From contig NC_020304.1 of the NCBI RefSeq assembly GCF_000341395.1, positions 2,790,001 to 2,822,000 on the forward strand: a stretch of DNA of 32,000 nt, read 5' to 3'. Shown here in pieces: positions 28,730-32,000 of the stretch. The stretch is from Desulfocapsa sulfexigens DSM 10523. Lineage in GTDB: Bacteria > Desulfobacterota > Desulfobulbia > Desulfobulbales > Desulfocapsaceae. The notes below the pieces were generated by a model. That model made no database searches and was not told the DNA's origin. It worked only from the letters and a program-made list of their open reading frames with translations. Position 1 is the first letter of the stretch. Each line of letters begins with the position of its first letter. The translations under genes were made by a program, and so were the position numbers.

Positions 28730-29413
28730 ATGAAAATCATGATCTGTTTTCTGGTTGTATTGTTTTTAGCTGCCCCTATCTTTGCCATGGATACTCCTCA
28801 GCAAACGAGAAGCTGTCATTGCTTCCAGGATAGAGTTTTTGATCCGGATCGAAAATTTGCTGCCGACAAGTACCTGCTTACCACCAGCTTTAACTCCTTT
28901 ATCTCTGCAAACTTTCATATTTCTAAAAGTCAGATTGTTATGATGAAAATGAAAGGGGGAGTGGATCCGGACGATCTACTTATCGGTCTTTTTGTCGCTC
29001 GGATTTGTGATGTAGAGGTCAACAGTCTACTGGCCATTTTGGACAGTGGTGGAACCTGGAAGCAGATCCTGACGTCTCGGAGTCTCAAAAAAAATGAAAA
29101 AAATAAAAATTTATTGAATACTCTTCTTGCTGCTATTGATACTGAAGAAGCGGCAGTGGAGGTGGTCACCGATCAGTTGGTAAAAGAATTTTTCAGAGTG
29201 TCGGATTTAGAGATTGCATCGTTACGTGAGGAAGGTGCAACAGGCCGTGAAATTGTACTTATTTACCTGATGGAGCGCTATGGGAAAACCGATGCGACCG
29301 CAGCTGATATCCTGAGTATGTACACCAAAAAGAAAATGAGCTGGGGAGAGATCGCCAGTTATTTTGGACTTACTCCTAAAGAGACCGGGAAACTTCTTCA
29401 GAATCAGGGTTGA
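28730..29413 (+). CDS. Exported hypothetical protein
   Basis: MKIMICFLVVLFLAAPIFAMDTPQQTRSC.. clear signal peptide; ORF opens at 28667 but ATG 28730 has AGGA 7 nt upstream. No family recognised. Confidence 0.7.
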   Translation: MKIMICFLVVLFLAAPIFAMDTPQQTRSCHCFQDRVFDPDRKFAADKYLLTTSFNSFISANFHISKSQIVMMKMKGGVDPDDLLIGLFVARICDVEVNSLLAILDSGGTWKQILTSRSLKKNEKNKNLLNTLLAAIDTEEAAVEVVTDQLVKEFFRVSDLEIASLREEGATGREIVLIYLMERYGKTDATAADILSMYTKKKMSWGEIASYFGLTPKETGKLLQNQG

Positions 29414-29417
29414 GGAA

Positions 29418-30224
29418 TTACACCTGATCCAGCAGTTTTGTTCTGTGTAGATATTCTAGAGCGTGCCAAAGGTCGTCTTCGCTATGTGGTTCAAGAGTTA
29501 CCAGTGGATGAAGATTGTTTACCGCCAGGAAATCGAAAAGACCTTTGAAGTCGAATTTTCCCAGCCCCAGCCCCAGGTGCTGGTCTTTTTCTCCATTATT
29601 ATCATGAAGATGAAGCTGGCCCAACCAGGGAGAAAGTATGGGGAGCCAGTTCTGCCACGGTGTTTTAGCAAAACTCATAAGATGTCCCACATCAAGACAG
29701 AATCGTGCGTTTTCTGAATCTAATTTTGTAAGAACTGTTTCATGGGCATCGGGACTGGTTTCATAGGTGTTTTCAAGCATAAGAATGCAATCCTGCTCCG
29801 TTGCAATCCCGAGCAGTTCCTGCCAGGTTTCGGAAGCTGCCAGAAGCCACTCATTCCATTTGTACCCCTGTTTGTTTTCCTCAAAATTTAAATGGCAAAC
29901 CATGGATTTTGGCTGGAAAATAGTAATCAGCCGAGCTGCCTTTCTTAGTTTGTTGCGGCTGGCATCAAGGATTTTCGGATCCAGGGCTCCGGGAGCAAGG
30001 TCAAAAAAAGGTGCGTGGAGGGTACAGGAAAGTCTGTTATTCTTCAGTGTGTGGGCAATTTTTTTGAATTCATCCTCTGATTCTTCGTAGAGACAAAGAC
30101 CTTCCAGGCCAATTTCAGGTTGAATGCCATGTTGCAGAAAGAGATCAAGGTAGCGATTCTTTAACTCATACCAGGGGGCATTTACGAAACAGCGTGGGGT
30201 GATATGTTTGTATTTTGCTTCCAT
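29418..30224 (-). CDS. Sugar phosphate isomerase/epimerase (xylose isomerase-like TIM barrel)
   Basis: LSCTLHAPFFDLAPGALDPKILDASRNKL; CILMLENTYETSPDAHETVL; ARFCLDVGHLMSF; LGQLHLHDNNGEKDQHLGLGLGKFDFKGLFDFL. Confidence 0.82.
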   Translation of the reverse strand: MEAKYKHITPRCFVNAPWYELKNRYLDLFLQHGIQPEIGLEGLCLYEESEDEFKKIAHTLKNNRLSCTLHAPFFDLAPGALDPKILDASRNKLRKAARLITIFQPKSMVCHLNFEENKQGYKWNEWLLAASETWQELLGIATEQDCILMLENTYETSPDAHETVLTKLDSENARFCLDVGHLMSFAKTPWQNWLPILSPWLGQLHLHDNNGEKDQHLGLGLGKFDFKGLFDFLAVNNLHPLVTLEPHSEDDLWHALEYLHRTKLLDQV

Positions 30225-30225
30225 C

Positions 30226-31839
30226 TTAACGTTCACTCAGGTATTTGATCATTTGGCTCATACTTAATTTAATGCTCGAAGGTCCGGAGCGAATATAGAA
30301 ATCCTCCTGCCTGCCTATGGAAAGGAAGACAGGACGACGAACCCGTTCACATTCAACAATACAAATTGTTTTGTCTTTGATGATGGCAATTTTGAGATGA
30401 ATAAATCTGGTGAACTCTGCACCAATATGGGTGTTCAGTAGGTTTTTGAAGTGTAGTCGACACTTGTCTTCATTGTCAAAATTATCTGCCTCTGTGCCAA
30501 GAATTGTTCCGGAATCATCCACTCCGATGAGAAGAATCCCCCCATCGCTGTTCATAAATCCGACTACGGTTTTCAGCCATGCTACCTCAATTTCTTTTCC
30601 TGGTCTTCCGGAATTCAGGTTGGTTCGCATGGTGGATTTGAACTCAAGAGTGGTGGATTCACCGGCTCTGATGAGTGCTGCGACTTCAGTTTCATAGCTC
30701 TGAGTGTTTATATGCTGCTGTGGCAAATCCTTTAACTGATAGCTGTACTTTCGAACAAGAAGGACTGTCATTAGAACAGCAAGTAGAAAAATAGAGCCAA
30801 CAAGCAGAGCGAAGCGAATCCACTGCCGATGCAGGTCGGAAAAAATATCATCTGCAGGGATGATCACTGCGACCCAGATATCGGGGTTTGATTCGTGGAG
30901 CTGGCTAAAGCCAAGCCACCAGTTTTTTCCGCCATTCCTGATGGAGAGTGGTTGGGTGGTCTGTTGTCTGTTTGTTCTGAGCAGGGTTCCCACTGTACTG
31001 AGAAGTTGTTCTGAAAGACTGACTTCTTCGACAGAGGCGCTAACTATTTTGTTTAATCGGTCTTTTCCTGAACTATTCAAGGGTATTCCTTCTTTGTCGT
31101 AGAGTACAATACGGCCGTTAGGGGTAATCTGAAGGTCTTCCAGAAAGGTCATCAGGCTTTGTGTGGTGAAAGAAACACCTGAGACATGGTTACCGTCCTT
31201 GCTGTTACGTATCTTCCACTGAAGGCTTGCTGTGATGACAGTATCTCCAGTCGTTTTCTGAAGATAGGGTTCTGTCATGAAAAATTTGGTGCTGGAAGGG
31301 GTGAGCATGGCACCCTGGAACCAGTTAGCAGTGGACATGGTGTAGCGTCTTTCGTTTACGGTCTCCTGGCCTTCAATCTTTCCGTCAACAAGGCGGGAGG
31401 TTGTGGCGTTACTTTTGTGGGATTCATCTACAAGCCATTCGTCATTGTGGTGAGAGAGTTGGAAACAGTTTTCGTTTGTATCGGCGATGGATATGGAATG
31501 GATGGTTTGTTGAATTTCCATAAGTGCCTGGAACTGGCTGGCGAGAATCTCAGGAGTCTGCATGTTGAACAGCCCGGCTTCCCCCCATTTTCCCAGTATT
31601 CTTAAAATATTTGTAAGTGGATCTGTATAAGATTGGAAATGTGCTGCGACCAGAAGGTTAGCCTTGCCTATAATAGAGGTTGAAACCTCACGCTGGGTTT
31701 TAACACCCTGGAGCATCACTATGGTGAGAATGGCACCGGATATAACGAAAAGGATAAGCAGGATATCACGAAGAAGACGTCTTTTGATATTTCGTGGACA
31801 TCCCCGTATCAGGCCGGAAAGTGTTGAAAATATAGGCAT
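30226..31839 (-). CDS. Membrane protein with Cache-like extracytoplasmic sensor region and C-terminal AlbA_2 (Schlafen-type) domain
   Basis: TM near residues 24-44, about 290-aa extracytoplasmic region, second TM at residues 341-362, then LIRAGESTTLEFKSTMR..WLKTVVGFMNSDGGILLIGVDDSGTILG..RRPVFLSIGRQEDFYIRSGPSSIKLS, matching the AlbA_2 family pattern. Confidence 0.82.
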   Translation of the reverse strand: MPIFSTLSGLIRGCPRNIKRRLLRDILLILFVISGAILTIVMLQGVKTQREVSTSIIGKANLLVAAHFQSYTDPLTNILRILGKWGEAGLFNMQTPEILASQFQALMEIQQTIHSISIADTNENCFQLSHHNDEWLVDESHKSNATTSRLVDGKIEGQETVNERRYTMSTANWFQGAMLTPSSTKFFMTEPYLQKTTGDTVITASLQWKIRNSKDGNHVSGVSFTTQSLMTFLEDLQITPNGRIVLYDKEGIPLNSSGKDRLNKIVSASVEEVSLSEQLLSTVGTLLRTNRQQTTQPLSIRNGGKNWWLGFSQLHESNPDIWVAVIIPADDIFSDLHRQWIRFALLVGSIFLLAVLMTVLLVRKYSYQLKDLPQQHINTQSYETEVAALIRAGESTTLEFKSTMRTNLNSGRPGKEIEVAWLKTVVGFMNSDGGILLIGVDDSGTILGTEADNFDNEDKCRLHFKNLLNTHIGAEFTRFIHLKIAIIKDKTICIVECERVRRPVFLSIGRQEDFYIRSGPSSIKLSMSQMIKYLSER

Positions 31840-31896
31840 AGTGATTGTTTCGTAAACAAACAGATTGGCAGAGAAAACCTTAACAGGTTCAGGAAA

Positions 31897-32000
31897 CTAT
31901 TCCAGCTCACTGGTGCATAAGCGCAGGGAGATATAGCCAGCGATCCCTGCAAACAGCGATGCCGCAAGAATACCAATTTTTGCATTGAGCAGATGCTGTG
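31897..32000 (-). CDS. nhaA: C-terminal end of an NhaA-like Na+/H+ antiporter (5' part outside window)
   Basis: Reverse strand reads QHLLNAKIGILAASLFAGIAGYISLRLCTSELE*, resembling the last NhaA helix (..AKLGILxGSLxSGxxGYxxLR). Confidence 0.6.
   Translation of the reverse strand, partial: QHLLNAKIGILAASLFAGIAGYISLRLCTSELE

Overview
This 32 kb window looks like an ordinary, gene-dense chromosomal segment of a Desulfobulbales-like (Desulfobacterota) bacterium; the taxonomy is inferred from protein flavour only. In order it carries the rho C-terminus, rpmE, prfA, prmC and murA. A convergent PilS/PilR-like two-component pair and a GIY-YIG protein follow. Next come tatC (split by a frameshift), class II fba, a UDP-sugar epimerase, and the reverse-strand xseB-ispA-dxs cluster. 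After these are xerC-hslV-hslU, a zinc-ribbon protein, a GGDEF protein, dnaE, an exported pentapeptide-repeat protein, and a MotA/MotB-like pair. The right end holds a Zn-dependent phospholipase C-like protein, an SDR epimerase, an exported hypothetical protein, a TIM-barrel isomerase, a membrane sensor with a cytoplasmic Schlafen/AlbA_2-like domain, and the C-terminus of an NhaA-like antiporter. I saw no CRISPR array, transposon, prophage, rRNA or tRNA. The two observations most worth checking are: (1) tatC is interrupted exactly at a T9 run that also forms a canonical T_TTT_TTT -1 slippery site, and (2) an extracellular Cache-like sensor is fused through a transmembrane helix to an AlbA_2-like domain (30226-31839). 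No clear new multi-gene system is evident.
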